Below are positions 12,594-25,983 of a DNA stretch of 64,000 bases, one piece after another. Below the pieces are notes generated by a model that saw only the letters and a program-made list of their open reading frames with translations, did not search any database and was not told where the DNA came from. The stretch is from Curvularia clavata. Lineage: Eukaryota. A program made the position numbers and the translations under genes. The DNA is taken from the NCBI GenBank assembly GCA_023920165.1, contig CP089275.1, forward strand, positions 682,001 through 746,000, written 5' to 3'. How positions within the stretch are numbered: position 1 is the stretch's first letter; every line of letters begins with the position of its first letter.

Positions 12594-13320
12594 GGTGTGA
12601 TACTGTATACACTGCAGTAAATGGGTGGATTGATTGGTATTAGTGCATGCGAGAATAGGACGGCCGGCAACTTAAATAATCAAAATAGAAGAAGGAATTG
12701 ACAGTAACTCCAAGCAACATGGTTGGGCGTCTAGATGTAGTCGTTCGATGAGATGCTGCCTGGCCCACAGTAATGCGCGTGTCTTTAGGCAGCCACTTTG
12801 CACCCCTGTGCAGGAGCTCGGTTCGATACTACGTTTCATAAGCGCGCTAAATTATTCCACCAACCCCCTGGGAAAGAAACAATCCAAATCTTCTAAACTT
12901 CTTTCCTTTAGAGGCCTAGAAATCTACTACAACACTATTAATTTTACTTACAAAAAAACACCCAAAAACCAAAAAAACTAATCTTTTCACGGTCTCTGAA
13001 AGTTCCTTGAGAAGTTTGAGAAGTATGAAATAAAATAAGGGTAATGTTGTTGGTGTGAAGCGCACGGCATTTCTGCCCGTACTGGGTGGGGCAGTAATTC
13101 GTTGTGCATTTTGTGATGAGTAATCCAACTCAACACTCCGCAGTGTCGCACCTACCCCCCACCATTTTCATAGCCAATATTAGTCCAAATAAATTACTTC
13201 AAAGCATAATAGACAGGCCTTCTACTCTAAAAAAAAATGTACATTAAAAGTACTAGATACCAAAAAGCGTGCGCACTTTTTAACTATTACGATTAGTAGA
13301 GCAAAGAAGACACACTTAAG

Positions 13321-13490
13321 TGTTACACGGGGTCTAAAAACGGAGTAAGGGAATACTTACCTAGTCTCGGTCTGGGTTAGGGCGAGACGAGTTATCGAAT
13401 TATACCATGCAGTAGTCATCTGGCAATTTCAGTAGAAAGAAGTTGTAGATATAACTGAAGATAGATAAACTAATTCTATTAGTTAGCAAT
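13321..13490 (-). mobile_element. Partial LTR, Gypsy family A
   Basis: Begins TGTTACACGGGGTC...CTTACCTAG...GGGTTAGGGCGAG like 32859. Confidence 0.75.
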
Positions 13491-13515
13491 AGAAATGCTT
13501 TTGCTCTTATAACAC

Positions 13516-14317
13516 ATGCTAGTTGCTCATATCATCACACAGTATTCGCATCTGATCATTCCAGCCAAATGTAATCGGCATGTCCCTTTATCCTATGATG
13601 GGGAAGCCTGTTACAACTCACTATCCGCCGAGGCCTTCTCCTACCCAGAACCTTACGACAATTACTCGGAGAGCTTTTCGCATCGCAATTGCGACCTTGC
13701 TATTGAAGCGCACGGGCAGCCTCCTCCAACTATGCACCGCCCACCTAACAGTACTGCTAGCAATACTCCCTGTAGCGGATGGCCGACCCAGGAAATGTGC
13801 AACACATTCGCTTTGAATGACGTACCTGATAGCACAGTATCGCCAGTCTCGCTTGTACCTACACCTAGTGGCAGTTCAGCAGCTCGTATTCCTATCTGCA
13901 TCCTCATGTCTGGCTCGACTTCGCTGCGCGTTCTCTGACTCAGGACAACCCGCCCTTGAAGGCGAAATAACAGCAACGCCGGCTCCATGCAAGCGAGGAC
14001 AGCCCCTTCGGCAGCGCACTTCCGCCACCTCTGCTAACAGCTCCATGTCATCAAATAACGTCCGCCAGACGACCTGCGTGCCGCATACGCAAGTCGAGCG
14101 CAAGTATCGTGAAAACATCAACATGCAGCTCGAGCGCTTACGCTGGGCTGTACCAACATTACTGCAGGCTGTTGGTGTCGATGCCATTTGGGTGGCGAAG
14201 CCAAGTAAAGGTATCATGCTAGCGGCAGCGATTGACTATGTCAGCCGCATCGAGAGAAAAAGAAACGCCGCCATGGACGACATTGAGCGGCTAGCAGGCG
14301 ACGTTAGAACTAAGTAG
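13516..14317 (+). pseudogene. bHLH transcription factor, apparently frameshifted near 13.9 kb
   Basis: 3' ORF has HTQVERKYRENINMQLERLRWAVP...SKGIMLAAAIDYV; the upstream part lies in another frame and no clear intron joins them. Confidence 0.6.
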
Positions 14318-15687
14318 GCAACTCGAGAGGTATTAGCGAGCTGTCACAACTACATGACGCCCTCATGAGCCGCACGCTTAGAACACAGCATTGTTGCTAT
14401 CTCTAGCGATTTGCTGTATTCGTACTATCTTCTTATTTCATCTGGTCGTTTCTAGTCCTAGCACGAAGGATTCAAGTCGGGTTCGGTTTCTGATGCCACC
14501 CTATATCATATGTAAATGCTATCTACGAGCATCAAATTACGCGAATTTCTCGGAGTGGAAAGCCTCCATGTCTCCAAAGTCATAGTTCCAAGCTATAGTT
14601 GGTGTGTAGGAAGCGAAAAGCCCCTGCGTGGCGAGAGCCATATTCCGCGCTTCTGCTAGCCCTGCAGGGTCCCCCTCCTGCCCTATCTCTACTAGAAAGT
14701 TGGTAGCCGATACGATATCGTTGCACTGATATGGGACGGGCTGAGTCCGCTAACCTTTGATGTCGGCTAAGAACTCCTCAAAGGATGGAGGTTACCAGAT
14801 AGGAGGCGAAGCCACAGTTAGTGCCATAGAGACAGCTACAGGCAGGGATAAACGAAGAGAAATGGGTGGCGGTAAAGGAGTGGCGTAGGTAAGCTTTCTT
14901 GAGTTGGGCCAGCAATCGCGTCGGGCAGGCTTGCTAGCGCGTTAGCGGCAGATCGTTTGTTCAGGCACACAGGAGGTAGCCGTCTTAGTGGGGTAGCTGC
15001 TTCGATGATGGAACCCAAAAAACTCAAGGAAACAAGGAGAACTGTTGATTTGCCTGAAGGGTTCTACATGGCGTAATGCCGTTGCGTAAATGGGGGTTTG
15101 CTTTTTTCTTGTGGCTTGAGCTATGCTCAGGGAAACGCAGTGATTAAGATTGGCACTGCGCCGCTTGCTTAGTGCGTTTCCAGGGCACTGGCCTGGATTT
15201 TCCCCGCATCTCAACGCACGCGCACGCGGAACTAGGCATCTGTTATGTGGGACCCTGCTGAACCGAGGAAGAGCACGACGATATGTAAGCACACTGCGCA
15301 ACAATTTCAGGTCCGTATAATCCATACTGGGTGACACATGCGCCACAGCCAATTATCAGAAGGTTTCTAGGATCTGCAAGTCCGTCACTAGCGCAGCATG
15401 AAGAACAAATCAAACCACCAGCTACACCCTTGGTACGGAGCTGTGCCGGGTCCCCCATTCAAGCTGTGTGGTGCACTCGTCATATAGAGTTTTGATGCCC
15501 CTGGGGTCGAATGCACGTAACGTATGCACAGACACGAAGGAACTGCTTCGCTTGCTCAAATTATGGGGAAGGCCGCACGTTTCTGTGGCGTAAGCCACCT
15601 CCCTAGGCGTTCGATACGTATAAAGTTTGTTCTACAGCCAACGACGTAGCTGCAGATCAAGGGCTCCTGGTATGCAGGTAACTCAAC

Positions 15688-17286
15688 ATGAAGCGTTTCT
15701 TACTCCTCTGTGTTTTGCTTCTGGCTGTGGTTATACCTTCTCGAGCCCAAGATCATGCCCTCAGCTCGGTTCCGCCATGTGCAGTAAGTTATGTATAATT
15801 CGACGACAAGACCAACACACTTATAGCCTACCTAGCAAACCTGTGTAGACGAATTTCTCAAAACACCGAATTGTGACGCTCAGTCGGCCTCTTTTTTGTC
15901 GTGCGCTTGTAAAAATCCCACTGCCTTGACTCAAGCGCAGCAATGTTTCACTGTCGGATGTACACCGAAAGAATTGCTCACAGCGCTCAACGCTACTAGC
16001 GTCGCATGCGAAGAACCAGTCCGCAACAGATGGAAGTCCTACCGGATTATTCATGTAGTCTTCTTCTCTCTGGCTCTCGCTTCGATCGCTATTCGATGGA
16101 CAGTTCATGCTGCGCATAGTCGTATACATTGGATACAAGAGGCTAATATGGTCGTCGTTTTGGTCAGTTATTTCATTACCATGGAGAATGTATCTCACAC
16201 TCCGCAGGCTCTGAACATTGGTCTTTTCGTTGTTTGTTATAGAATGAGTAAGCGACCAAGCCCACGACACATTGCGCCAAGACATACTCACCACAACAGC
16301 GTTTACCGGGCTGGGCCAAGACTTATGGAAAGTTCCGTTCTCAGACATCACCTATACTCTACACGTCAGTCCCTCCCCTCTCTTGGCCATCTCTGCAACT
16401 CACACTTCCGCTCCAGCTCTTCTGGGTCTCCGAATGCACTTATTTCGCCCTCATCACATTCGTCAAACTCCAGTTCCTCCTCTTTTATCTACAGATCTTC
16501 CCCGACCAGAGATTCCGCCGCATCGTATATTGCGTCATCACATTCAACTTGATCTCTATGACCGCTTTTATATTCTCTTGCATCTTCATCTGCTCGCCGA
16601 TAAGCTTGGCGTGGACGCAGTGGGACGGAGAACATACAGGCAAGTGTAACAACAACAACACGCTGTCCTATGCGAATGCCTCCATCAGCATTCTCCTTGA
16701 CTTGGTCGCGTTGTCTCTACCAATACCCGAAATCTGGAAACTGCAACTGTCTCTCAGGAAAAAGATTGGTGTGTTGCTGATGTTCAGCGTGGGAGCTTTG
16801 TAAGTGCCAACACCACGTCGTTTTGGATGATGGAGATGTTGACAGGATAACTCAAGCGTGACCATCGTCTCCATCCTCCGTCTGCGGGCTTTCACCTACT
16901 TTGCTAAAACAAGAAACGTCACCTGGGACTTCACAGAAGCTTCGCTATGGTCCATCATCGAGTGGGAAGTCGGCATTATTTGCTCTTGCATGCCTGCCAT
17001 GCGTCTCGGCTTAGCGCGCCTCTTCCCCAAGATCCTCGACAGCACCGCGCACAGCACATACAAGAGCACGAACGGAATGAGTCTGGAACAAAGCGGGAGG
17101 AATACACTTCAAGGATTGGGCACGGGCGGTATCAGCGCAAAAACAACATTCAGGGTGAGCCATATGCGGAAGACACAGAGTATTGACAATGAGGACGGTT
17201 TCGTGCAGTTGGTGGAGATTGACGCAGGCACACACAGTGCGGCGGCCTCGACAAGATCGTTGACTGGCGAGTGCCGCCAGGCATAG
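15688..17286 (+). CDS. CFEM-domain, PTH11-like (rhodopsin-domain) membrane protein, multi-exon
   Basis: Signal peptide MKRFLLLCVLLLAVV, CFEM cysteines (PPCA/QTC..C..CAC..C..C..C), GLGQDLW, C.PISLAWTQW, KKIGVLLMFSVG, SILRL, WSIIEWEVGIICSCMP. Confidence 0.88.
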
Positions 17287-17935
17287 GACCATTGACGATA
17301 TGATCAAGGTATTTAATATAGTGTTCTCACGAATTCATTAGTTTCAAAGAAGAACTTGAGTGTTTAGCATACTCGTTGACTGGTATTAGGTCAAGTCCTC
17401 CATCTTCATGACCAGTACAAGTGAGATGAAGGCATCTTGGATTGCAGACATGCGTTACTCAAAGCGTAATCCCTTTGCTTTGAGGTAGATTTGCTTCTAG
17501 CCTTCCCATCACCAAGTTCGTCAGGTCTCGAGTCACCATAAGGACTGTCTAACGTGCAATACACTCATCGTGAGCTCGGCCGCTCGCGTGATCGCCTCAC
17601 GCATTCCTCGTAGTTCTGCCCAGTACGCGAGTCTATAGTGGCACTTCATCGCATGCACCTCAGCAGTGCAACCACCTCCTCCCTAAGCCAGCTCAGCACT
17701 ATCACCATAGTAAACTTTTAATATCTTTTTATACCTAACCTATAGATATTTACTTAATTAAGGCGTTTCTAATGTTCTACACATTCTTATATACTCTTAA
17801 GTAATACGATCTACTAATACTAATTTAAGTAGTCTTGCCTGCGTCGTGTCATACATATATGCTGCTCAGCTCTAGATACTGCCAATGCAGTGTACTGTAT
17901 CTTTTTGGACACGTGATAGCCTAGGTGGAGCTGAG

Positions 17936-18310
17936 TATTACACAGGGTCTACACGGGGTAGGGGAACACTTGCCTAGTCTCGATCCGGTTTAGGGCGAGA
18001 CAGAATCTTGAAGTAAGCGGTGCGGTAATTGTCTGGCGATTTATAGTAGAAAAGAGTTATAGATTTAAATATTAGTAAGATAAATAAATTTGATTATAAG
18101 ATAGAATAACTAAATATCAATCTATATGAGAGAAGAACTTATAAGAGTTGACCACAACGAGTGTAATAATGAGATCCAACCTATTCTTATATCTATTGCT
18201 TCTAGTCCTGCCGTTCCATCTTCCTATTCGGAACCATCATTCCCGGGATGGCATGTCATCCCATCATCCTCTGCCATCCCTTCCTTAGCGGGATGGCACA
18301 TCACGTGACC
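17936..18310 (-). mobile_element. Partial/degenerate LTR, Gypsy family A (U3 type of the 53-61 kb copy)
   Basis: Shares GTTGACCACAACGAGTGTAATAATGA and GCCATCCC/GGGATGGC motifs with LTR 60559-61043. Confidence 0.8.
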
Positions 18311-18731
18311 TCGTGCCCGTGATGATCGTTGCCGTGTTCCTTTGAACCCTTTCATGCATGGTCATCACTTCTCTTTGACTCTATGCATCGTTCCGAGGGC
18401 CTGGTAAAGGGTCACCTTGTTTGTTTATAATAATCTGGAGGAATAGGAACTTGGAGGGATTCGCCTTTGTTGCGGACTCCCAAGATTGAAGATGGGGCTG
18501 TTCCAAATTCATAGCGACAGTCAGCAAGTACGTGTGCAATTCATCTTTTGTTGTTCTAAAAACCGAACATTTTCTCATTTCCACGACCCTGACTTGGGTA
18601 GCTACGCAATGCTAGTTGTATAAGCATACGAATGACGTCTGGAACCAGCATTACAAGTCGTACTAGTGCTTTAGGGTAAGCGGAATACGGCCTGGGGTCA
18701 GTGTGCCACATTTAAGCCGTACCGCTAAACA

Positions 18732-18822
18732 TGTCAGATAAGTGGTAGCGGAAGCCGCAAAATCCAGGTGCGGATCGGAACACCACTCGGATTCTGCGGT
18801 TTCCGCTGCCACTAATCTGACA
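18732..18822. repeat. 34-bp inverted repeat / hairpin
   Basis: TGTCAGATAAGTGGTAGCGGAAGCCGCAAAATCC versus the reverse complement of 18789-18822, 4 mismatches. Confidence 0.8.
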
Positions 18823-20829
18823 AAAGAACACCACGATGACATCCAAAGTAATCACGCCTGATTACTGTCAACAGTCTGGAAAATCAAACCCTAGAACATC
18901 GTGCCGCTATCCCTCCAACCGTTCCACAGTCACATGATCATTCACTGATGAGCCGGACGCTCAGCACTGAGCAGGATAGGCAATCAGGATACAGCACAAC
19001 AACCAATCGCCGGTGCTCAATATTGAGCAACAGAGTGCTTAACAATGAGCAAGCCTCGCTCTCTCATACATATTAATAGGCATCGAACCTGTATAGCCCG
19101 ATATGTTCAACTTAAGTCATAAGTGCAAGTACAAAACAAGAGTTAACTACTTATAGAGACACTGTTTATATCGCCCTATTACTTATCCGTAGAAACCAAC
19201 CTCGAGAGCCTTGACGCTATAAGTCTTGTGTTGCCTCTACTTAAGATCCTAGTTACTCTTAACATTGCGTCACTTCAGCCAGAGGAGACAGTGCCGTTGA
19301 AATTGATTGAAGAGCCATAATGCAGGTTAGTATCGCCAAATCCTTCTCATCAGCGTCATAGCTAGGTACGTTACATGGTCTCGTATCAGTCCACTATCCC
19401 AGCTTCCGGTGTATTCTAGTCCTGCTTCTACAAGGTCGTAATAATTGGAACACCTCCACACATGTAAGGACGGCAGCTGATTCAACGTAAAATATTACTT
19501 GTCACGAGATCGACAGACACAAGATATATGCACCTATCTTTTCTTTTCACTATGTAAGGATAAGAGTGCAGGGCCAGGATGAAGACAGGTGTAACTAGAT
19601 CAAGGAACTCCAAGCGCAGCAGTGGTTGAAGGCCCTCCTGAGTAGACACCGGGGTTCACTAGCAGGACCTGGTCCTTGTGTAGCCATAGGCGTGGAGTGG
19701 CTCTTGTAGTTCTTCCTAGAACAGCGCCGTGACATTATCGATTCTAATTACGATAGTCGCGTTCTTGACAAGAGAATTGCCCATTGCCACAGATAACCTC
19801 TAATATCGGTCAGTGTATGATCAATCTTGCGGACTTTTGTGACTTGCCTCTGCAATAATAACCTGGACAGCAAGCTTCTCCGAAAGAACCGCAGGTCTCT
19901 GTTGATAGTCAAATTGATCTCTTAGCAATAGTAACGTCTCTCCCTATATGACGAGAAATCCTGTGCACAGAGAACAACCATTGAGACACAGCGTTGCATC
20001 AGAAAATCTATCATCCTTACGGCTTGATTGGTCGTCTGTGGCATGCAAGGTTTCCCGCTACATCGTGTAGGACTTTAAGAGAGTTGAGGTAGTAAAAACA
20101 GTCGCGACTTATCTCCAGGGAAGAGACATCTCTGTTGAAGTTCGGCGGGTACAGCTACCGCCACGGCGAAAATGGAGGCCAAATTGGCGAGTAGTAATAC
20201 TATGTAGGTAGTCCTCATGATAGCAATCAGTCTTCGAACTGGATAGGTTGACGATGATGTGAATTGGTAGTTGAGATAGAAGCAATGAGAGTTCCCATGT
20301 GTGCATTTTATAGTTGTTAGAATAGTCGTATATAGAATGATATTAGTCCATGGTAAGTCCCGAGCTGAGGCTAGTATCTAAACTTTATGGAGTAATTACC
20401 GACGAAACCAACGCTCCGATTACAGAGTACTTCCGAAAGTAAGATTCGCCGACGTGTGCAGTAGTGTAATCAGCACTGCACATATTATACGACATTATTA
20501 TGCTCTAGAACTCGCCTGAGAAGATCATGATAGAAAAGCCTGTCTTGCGAATAGGGTTGCGAGGAAAGCGCCATTCACGAAACGTGGTGACAGCGAATAT
20601 CGGTCAACGCAACCATGGAAATAAAAGTGATAGCTGCGCGCTTGTAGTGTTGCGTTCAGGAGAGCCAGCCGTCGGTACAATTCCCTAGTTCCGACGTAAG
20701 CGCCAAGTGAGCGTCGTCAGCCATCTACGCACTCCTCTGTCTTATCGCTGCATACAGTCTTCTGTACCCTCCAATCTTGCTGTCACTATCTCTTGGCTAG
20801 AGTTATTGATCCTGCGGATTAGGCGGAAG

Positions 20830-21373
20830 GTTAGATGAGCTCTGTGGTAGCCACTCTCCAAGCATCGACCAGCAAGTCTCTTAGTAGAACGCTCAGTATT
20901 ATTCTAATTTTCTTATCAAGTGAGAGTCTCCTTAGATTAAAATCTCGCATGAAGTTGGGGTGGTTGAGCATCTAGCGGCACGAGTTCTCTAGGAAACTGC
21001 CTTTAACAGTCTTAATTCGCTTTCTATTACCATAGGGATCAGTAGAGTATAAGCCTTGGAGGCATTCGTTCAGCTTTTCAGTTTCCTTCTCAAGCCGTTT
21101 AAATCCAGCCTTAGACCCTTCACCATAGCGAAGAGAAATTCCAACATCGAAAACGTTTGAGGGAGTAGTTGTTGATAAGTCGCTCGCATTCTGTAGAGAA
21201 GATTCGACTAACTGAGGAGCAAGAAGCTTTTGGAACATCCAACCGCGATTGAACCACCTACTTGCCCGAAAGGCTGATTTCCAAATAGACTCGGCGAAAC
21301 GGTCGCTTGCTTTCCGTTTAGTGACCAAAACAGCTGATAGATAGACTGCAGTCTTGATGTCATAAATTCGCAA
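20830..21373 (-). pseudogene. HET-NACHT remnant
   Basis: SAFRASRWFNRGWMFQKLLAP (HET C-terminal motif), then CLQGLYSTDP..RKRIKTVKGSFLENSCR (pre-NACHT), with stops and deletions. Confidence 0.7.
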
Positions 21374-21400
21374 CGTGCCATGCTCGAACCAGGCAGCCCC

Positions 21401-23524
21401 TCACATCAAATGAATGACTTGGTTCGGCATCTCTTGAAGATGGTCGAACCGGACGCCATTAAAGATTGAAATTCCGATTCTCTCCAGCCAAAAAGCATCT
21501 TGGCTCCCTTGCATACTCTCCAGCTCCATGACCTCTGGTATGGCTTTGTTTGTGCACTCCCGAAGGATCAGGCACAGCTTTGCCCCAGATTCAGATATTT
21601 CGAGCAAGGGCAACAAATACACTAACGAGTAGTCCGATGGCAAATCATCTCCAGCATCAATACAGTACTCTCTCGTGCACTTTCTTGCATCATTTAGAAT
21701 CTCTTTGATGTCCCGAGAGAGATCCCACTGCTGCACGTGGTACGCAGGGACAGCCCACGCATACTCTTTGGCACAAAGTCCCATACTTGCTTTGATATCA
21801 TGCCTATGTCCATGAGTCGAGAAGTGAACACATGAGTACAAAGAGCCTCGAATGACGAGATAGCGACCACAAGGGTCTTCGGGCCAGGCCTTCTTATTCA
21901 GCGATCGTATGTTGAGGAAGGGATTTTTGATGTCCATAAGACACTCAACTCGGTCGATCGAGGCGACTTGGGTGTATTTGCTGAGTTCCCACTCATGGTA
22001 TACAAGCTCACAAGGGCCAAAGCGGGAAGCCCATGACCAACTCGGAATCGGCATCTTCTCCGACCACTCGATGCGCTTCGGATGTGGTCGACAATTGTCG
22101 CAGGCCCATGAACTGGCACGTGCAGAAACCCATTCGCGACTTCGCCAACATAAGTACTTGATCAAGTCCTTCTCCCAGAGTCCTGCAAAGTAGCGGCCTA
22201 GATCACGACCTTCGCTGAATTTTGCTGCTACTCCTGCAAATCCAGGCAACAGATCAGATCGCCGACCGAACATGCGCGAGGTGTACTGCCGGACCAGTTT
22301 ACTCCAGAATCGGTAGGGATCATCTTGTGGTCCTGGGCCTCTAGCCAAAGTACCGGCGAAACCCTGTTCAAACATCCAATGCTGATGGCATTGGCATTTT
22401 TTCACAGCACCTCTTTCCTCGTATAGATATTCTTGGTCGGTGAAATGGATTATGCGTTTTGAAAGTACACGCTCCTGGTAGCACCAACCTCTCTGGGACA
22501 CAGAGTTCCAGTGTTCATTGTCAGCAAGCTCATGGACAAGGCCGACTGCTGGAGCGATGGCGTTGGCTTCGACAATGTCCAGAAGCTCAGGAATGCGGCG
22601 TACATGAACAATCGTGGACGCTTCCCCGACTATGAGTTTGATGTCCTTGAAAGGCATGTATCCGTGCGTTGACCCATGCATGGCGACGGTGAACCACGCA
22701 TTCGCATAGATTTTGTGCATCTTTGCAGCTTCTTTCTCCCATTCTGCGGTATCGTCCTGGACAATGCAGAGAGAATCGATCCACAGATACTGCACTCCGA
22801 GGCGCCGACACAAGCGCACAGTTTGTCTGAAGCTATCCGGCAGTTCTGACAAAGCCAGACGTTCTTGACGAGCCTGAAGATTACTGGATAGGGTTTTGGT
22901 TGATTCGATATCTTCTCTTTGCCAACAATGGCTTAAGGTGGCATAAAGCTGTGGCCCCAATCCCTTCTCTGGTTGAGAAATCTTTATGTCACTATCGTCC
23001 TTCATGCCAATGCCAAGTTCAAGTACTCGATTAGGCAGTTCCGATGGCAAGGGAGCGTCTCTCATAAGACTACTTCGTAGTGCCTCGAACTCTCGTGCGT
23101 TTTCCCAAACCGATAGGACGTGTTGAGATGTTTTAATCGAGCTTGGAAGCGTTGCTGGCTTCTGGTCTGTTTGACCACGGTAGTAAGTTTCTGTGAATGG
23201 TATTTACTAGTAGATGCAACCGGAAGGTAACATACCTTGTGTGCTATAGAACTCAAGCTGATACTTTGTTCCATTGTCTTCTCCTTCTAGCACAAGGCCA
23301 TATCTTGCCCGTAGGCACCAACGCCCTGTGGTCATCGAATCCAGTCCACCAAATTCGTGCATGGCATCTACCAGGAGTTTGCAGTACACACAGGAACCGT
23401 TAGCTCTAATTTGTCTTAGGTTGATGGGAAATTTCCACAAAATGTCATTATTTGTAAGGAGTTCCCGCTTGAGATCTTTGCAATTCTCGCAGACGGATCC
23501 TTCTGTTTCAGCGTGTGGCTCCAT
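21401..23524 (-). CDS. HET-domain protein (intron 23167-23235)
   Basis: YATLSHCW, YLWIDSLCIVQDD, MHKIYANAWFT, RGWCYQERVLS, DLLPGFAG, YFAGLW, PSWSWAS; GTATGT..CAG intron joins the two ORFs in frame. Confidence 0.88.
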
Positions 23525-24088
23525 CTGTCCCCTGCCTTATCCTGTTCAGGCACCGTTGGCGAGCTTGCTAATTGTGCGCTTCGTTGGTCTCGTGAAAATC
23601 AGAAGTAATCTTGACAATACCACTGAGAGTCTAGTCCAGTTTAAAAACGTGAAAGAGGATTCGTGTCGACTAGTATGGAAGGAGTAAATTCGTTAGAATC
23701 ATCGTTGCTTTTATAAATAAATGGAGTCTCAGCTGCCAAGCTACTCGGGCGGGGAAGTTCACCACAGTGTTAGAACAAAGTTGACGCAACTTTCGTCACG
23801 CAGGGAACTCCCTGAATTGGATCGTATGGATCTCAGCTGTGTCAGCCACAAACACTAACCAGTGAAATAACATCAATGCGACAACGACTTGGGGAGAAGT
23901 AGGGTGGATGTTGCGCCAAGTCATTGGCTGAGTGCAAAGTTCTTAGTCATCTGGCGGACGAGATTGCGATCATCGAAACGAGACAAGGGGTTCATGCGGG
24001 GCACACATGACATCTCCAGGAACGACAGCTGCTGTGGCTAATTGTATTCTGTATATTCATTTTGAAAAACATCAGACCACCATCAATC

Positions 24089-24106
24089 ATCTTCAGTAGT
24101 ATAGTG
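24089..24106 (+). repeat. tRNA-Asp 5' fragment (direct repeat 3)
   Basis: ATCTTCAGTAGTATAGTG identical to 43129-43146 (18 bp). Confidence 0.9.
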
Positions 24107-24490
24107 AATACTGTGATGGTTGTCATCTCGACGCGAACCTGTTTTAGGTCTACCGCCTGCTAAGCCACACTAAATTGCCTGTTATAGTTATCGGTTCTAC
24201 GTAAACCCGATTTACGACAGCAGTATGCTAAGTCGTTCTAAGACTCCTATTTTAGTAACCAGTTCTGGAATATATCAAAAATTAACGCTGCTTTAAAATC
24301 CCAGCAAGTACGTGGCCGCATGATAGAGACCCTCTCGATTTCCTTCGTCTTCTTCTCCCCTCTCTCCCTCACTTTCTTTTCTTCTTTCTTTTTTGCCTTA
24401 GTTCGCTATTTACTATCTACGATATATCTGCGAGTTATTAAAACCTTTTCTTTATATATTTACTTGCTGAGGCTCATCTATATCTCTAAT

Positions 24491-24754
24491 ATGCGCGGAA
24501 GAAACAAATTTATCACGCCCGTTAATATAGCTGATCTGCAAGCGCTCGTCTAATAAGAGGATAATCGTAAGAAGACTGCAGAAGATATAGAGAAATCGCT
24601 TATTCCTAAGAGTAAGAAGCAATATAGGTATATAATTAAGCTATAGATAGAGTAAGTAGACGCTGAGATGTAAAAATGTAACTAATAAGTCAGGTTCTCG
24701 CAGTAGGTCTTAGGTAAATATATGTAGAAAGATAAACCCTTTCTATAACCTCTA
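24491..24754 (+). pseudogene. RIP-degraded 5' gene fragment at the left end of a tRNA-bounded segment; candidate integrase (Starship captain-like position)
   Basis: MRGRNKFITPVNIADLQALV**EDNRKKTAEDIEKSLIPKSKKQYRYIIKL*IE, then a GTAAGT..CTAAT..CAG intron and a short exon 2; identity inferred from position only. Confidence 0.35.
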
Positions 24755-24755
24755 C

Positions 24756-25146
24756 TAGACTGGTAAATCGGGTATTTAGCTAGGGCTATCGATTATCTTG
24801 GCCAATACTAGTCCAAATCAAGTAATTCTGACGTCATTAGAGAGCTAGCACTCTAGTCTAAATATTACTAATATATTATTTTAGCTTAACACTAATAGTA
24901 CTAGTGCTAGAGCTAAAAAAGGAGTAAAAATAGGGGTATACCCGACTCATAACCCAGCCCTAGGGCTCACAAACGGGCTATTAAATAACTTTTAAACTAA
25001 GCTAGATACGGCTTAGCTTTATATTACATAATAGAATGCGCTAGCTTAGGGCATTAAAATGACGTCAGAATTACTCGATTTGGACTAGTCTTTGATGAGA
25101 TATTGATGAAAGAAGAAAAGTGGGTCAATACCCGTTTACCAGTCTA
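24756..25146. mobile_element. MITE/foldback-like element with two nested inverted repeats
   Basis: Outer TAGACTGGTAAA(T)CGGGTATT inverted at 25127-25146; inner 32-bp IR 24807-24838 / 25058-25089 with 1 mismatch. Confidence 0.7.
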
Positions 25147-25189
25147 GGCTAGGTAAGTATATTCCCACTAACGAGTAGGACCCCGTGTA
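25147..25189 (+). mobile_element. Terminal fragment of a family A LTR, split by the Fot1 insertion (last bases ACA at 34973-34975)
   Basis: GGCTAGGTAAGTATATTCCCACTAACGAGTAGGACCCCGTGTA|ACA is the reverse complement of the LTR start. Confidence 0.8.
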
Positions 25190-25476
25190 ACGTACCTCAC
25201 GGGTTCGCGGTCCACTTTTGCCAAGACCCTACTAAAACTACCATATTATAGCCTAATATAGCCCAACTTTTACTAGTTTAATACAAAAAAATATAAAATA
25301 CTATTTAGAGCCTACTTCTGCTTTATTCTTATATATTCGCGCGTTATACCTAGTCCTATTGCACCGTCTACACTACTATTGAGACGGTTCACCCACTTTA
25401 GCGCGCTTCTGCTTCTTTAACTTCTTTCTATCACTGTTACACGGGGTCCTACTGGTTAGTTGGGAATATACTTACC

Positions 25477-25983
25477 TGTTACACGGGGTCCTACTGGTTA
25501 GTTGGGAATATACTTACCTAGCCTAGATTCCGGGTTAGGGCGAGGCCAGTTTCTATGAAGTATACCGTGAGGTAGTTGTCTGGCGATTCGGTGGTAGGGA
25601 TTAACGGAAGATAGACAAAACCAATCCTATTGGAAGATAGAATAACTAGTATCAATCTGAGTATGAAAGGTAACTATGAAAGATACTTTGCTGAGTTGAC
25701 CACAACGAGTGTAATAATGAAATCCAACACATTCTTATACCCATTGCTTCCGGTCCTGTCCTCACTGTCCTCACGGAATAACCCCTGTGTTCTCTGAAGT
25801 CCCTGAAGTCACTTTGGTCACGTGTGAGCGTGTCCTCACATACTAGCGTGGTTTCCCGGTCTTGGCCTGAGGCCAGTCATGTGATCGCCCTTCCGCGGGG
25901 ATCATTACCTTCTGACGTGTCGCCCAATGGTCTCCTACCTGCGGCCATCGTCAAGGAGAGATCCTTCTTTGTTACTTGTAACA
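25477..25983 (-). mobile_element. Solo LTR of family A inserted inside the 3' LTR of the same family
   Basis: Full 507-bp TG..CA LTR with TSD TTACC (25472-76, 25984-88). Confidence 0.92.

Noticed and set aside
19250..20330. Possible degenerate intron-containing gene on the minus strand
   Set aside because: Could not assemble a frame or recognise a family
3748..24400. The three tRNA-like heads as functional tRNA genes or tRNA-derived SINEs
   Set aside because: Identity stops after 16-17 nt; no B box, T arm or 3' acceptor strand, and no shared 3' tail or TSD seen. A decayed SINE is not formally excluded
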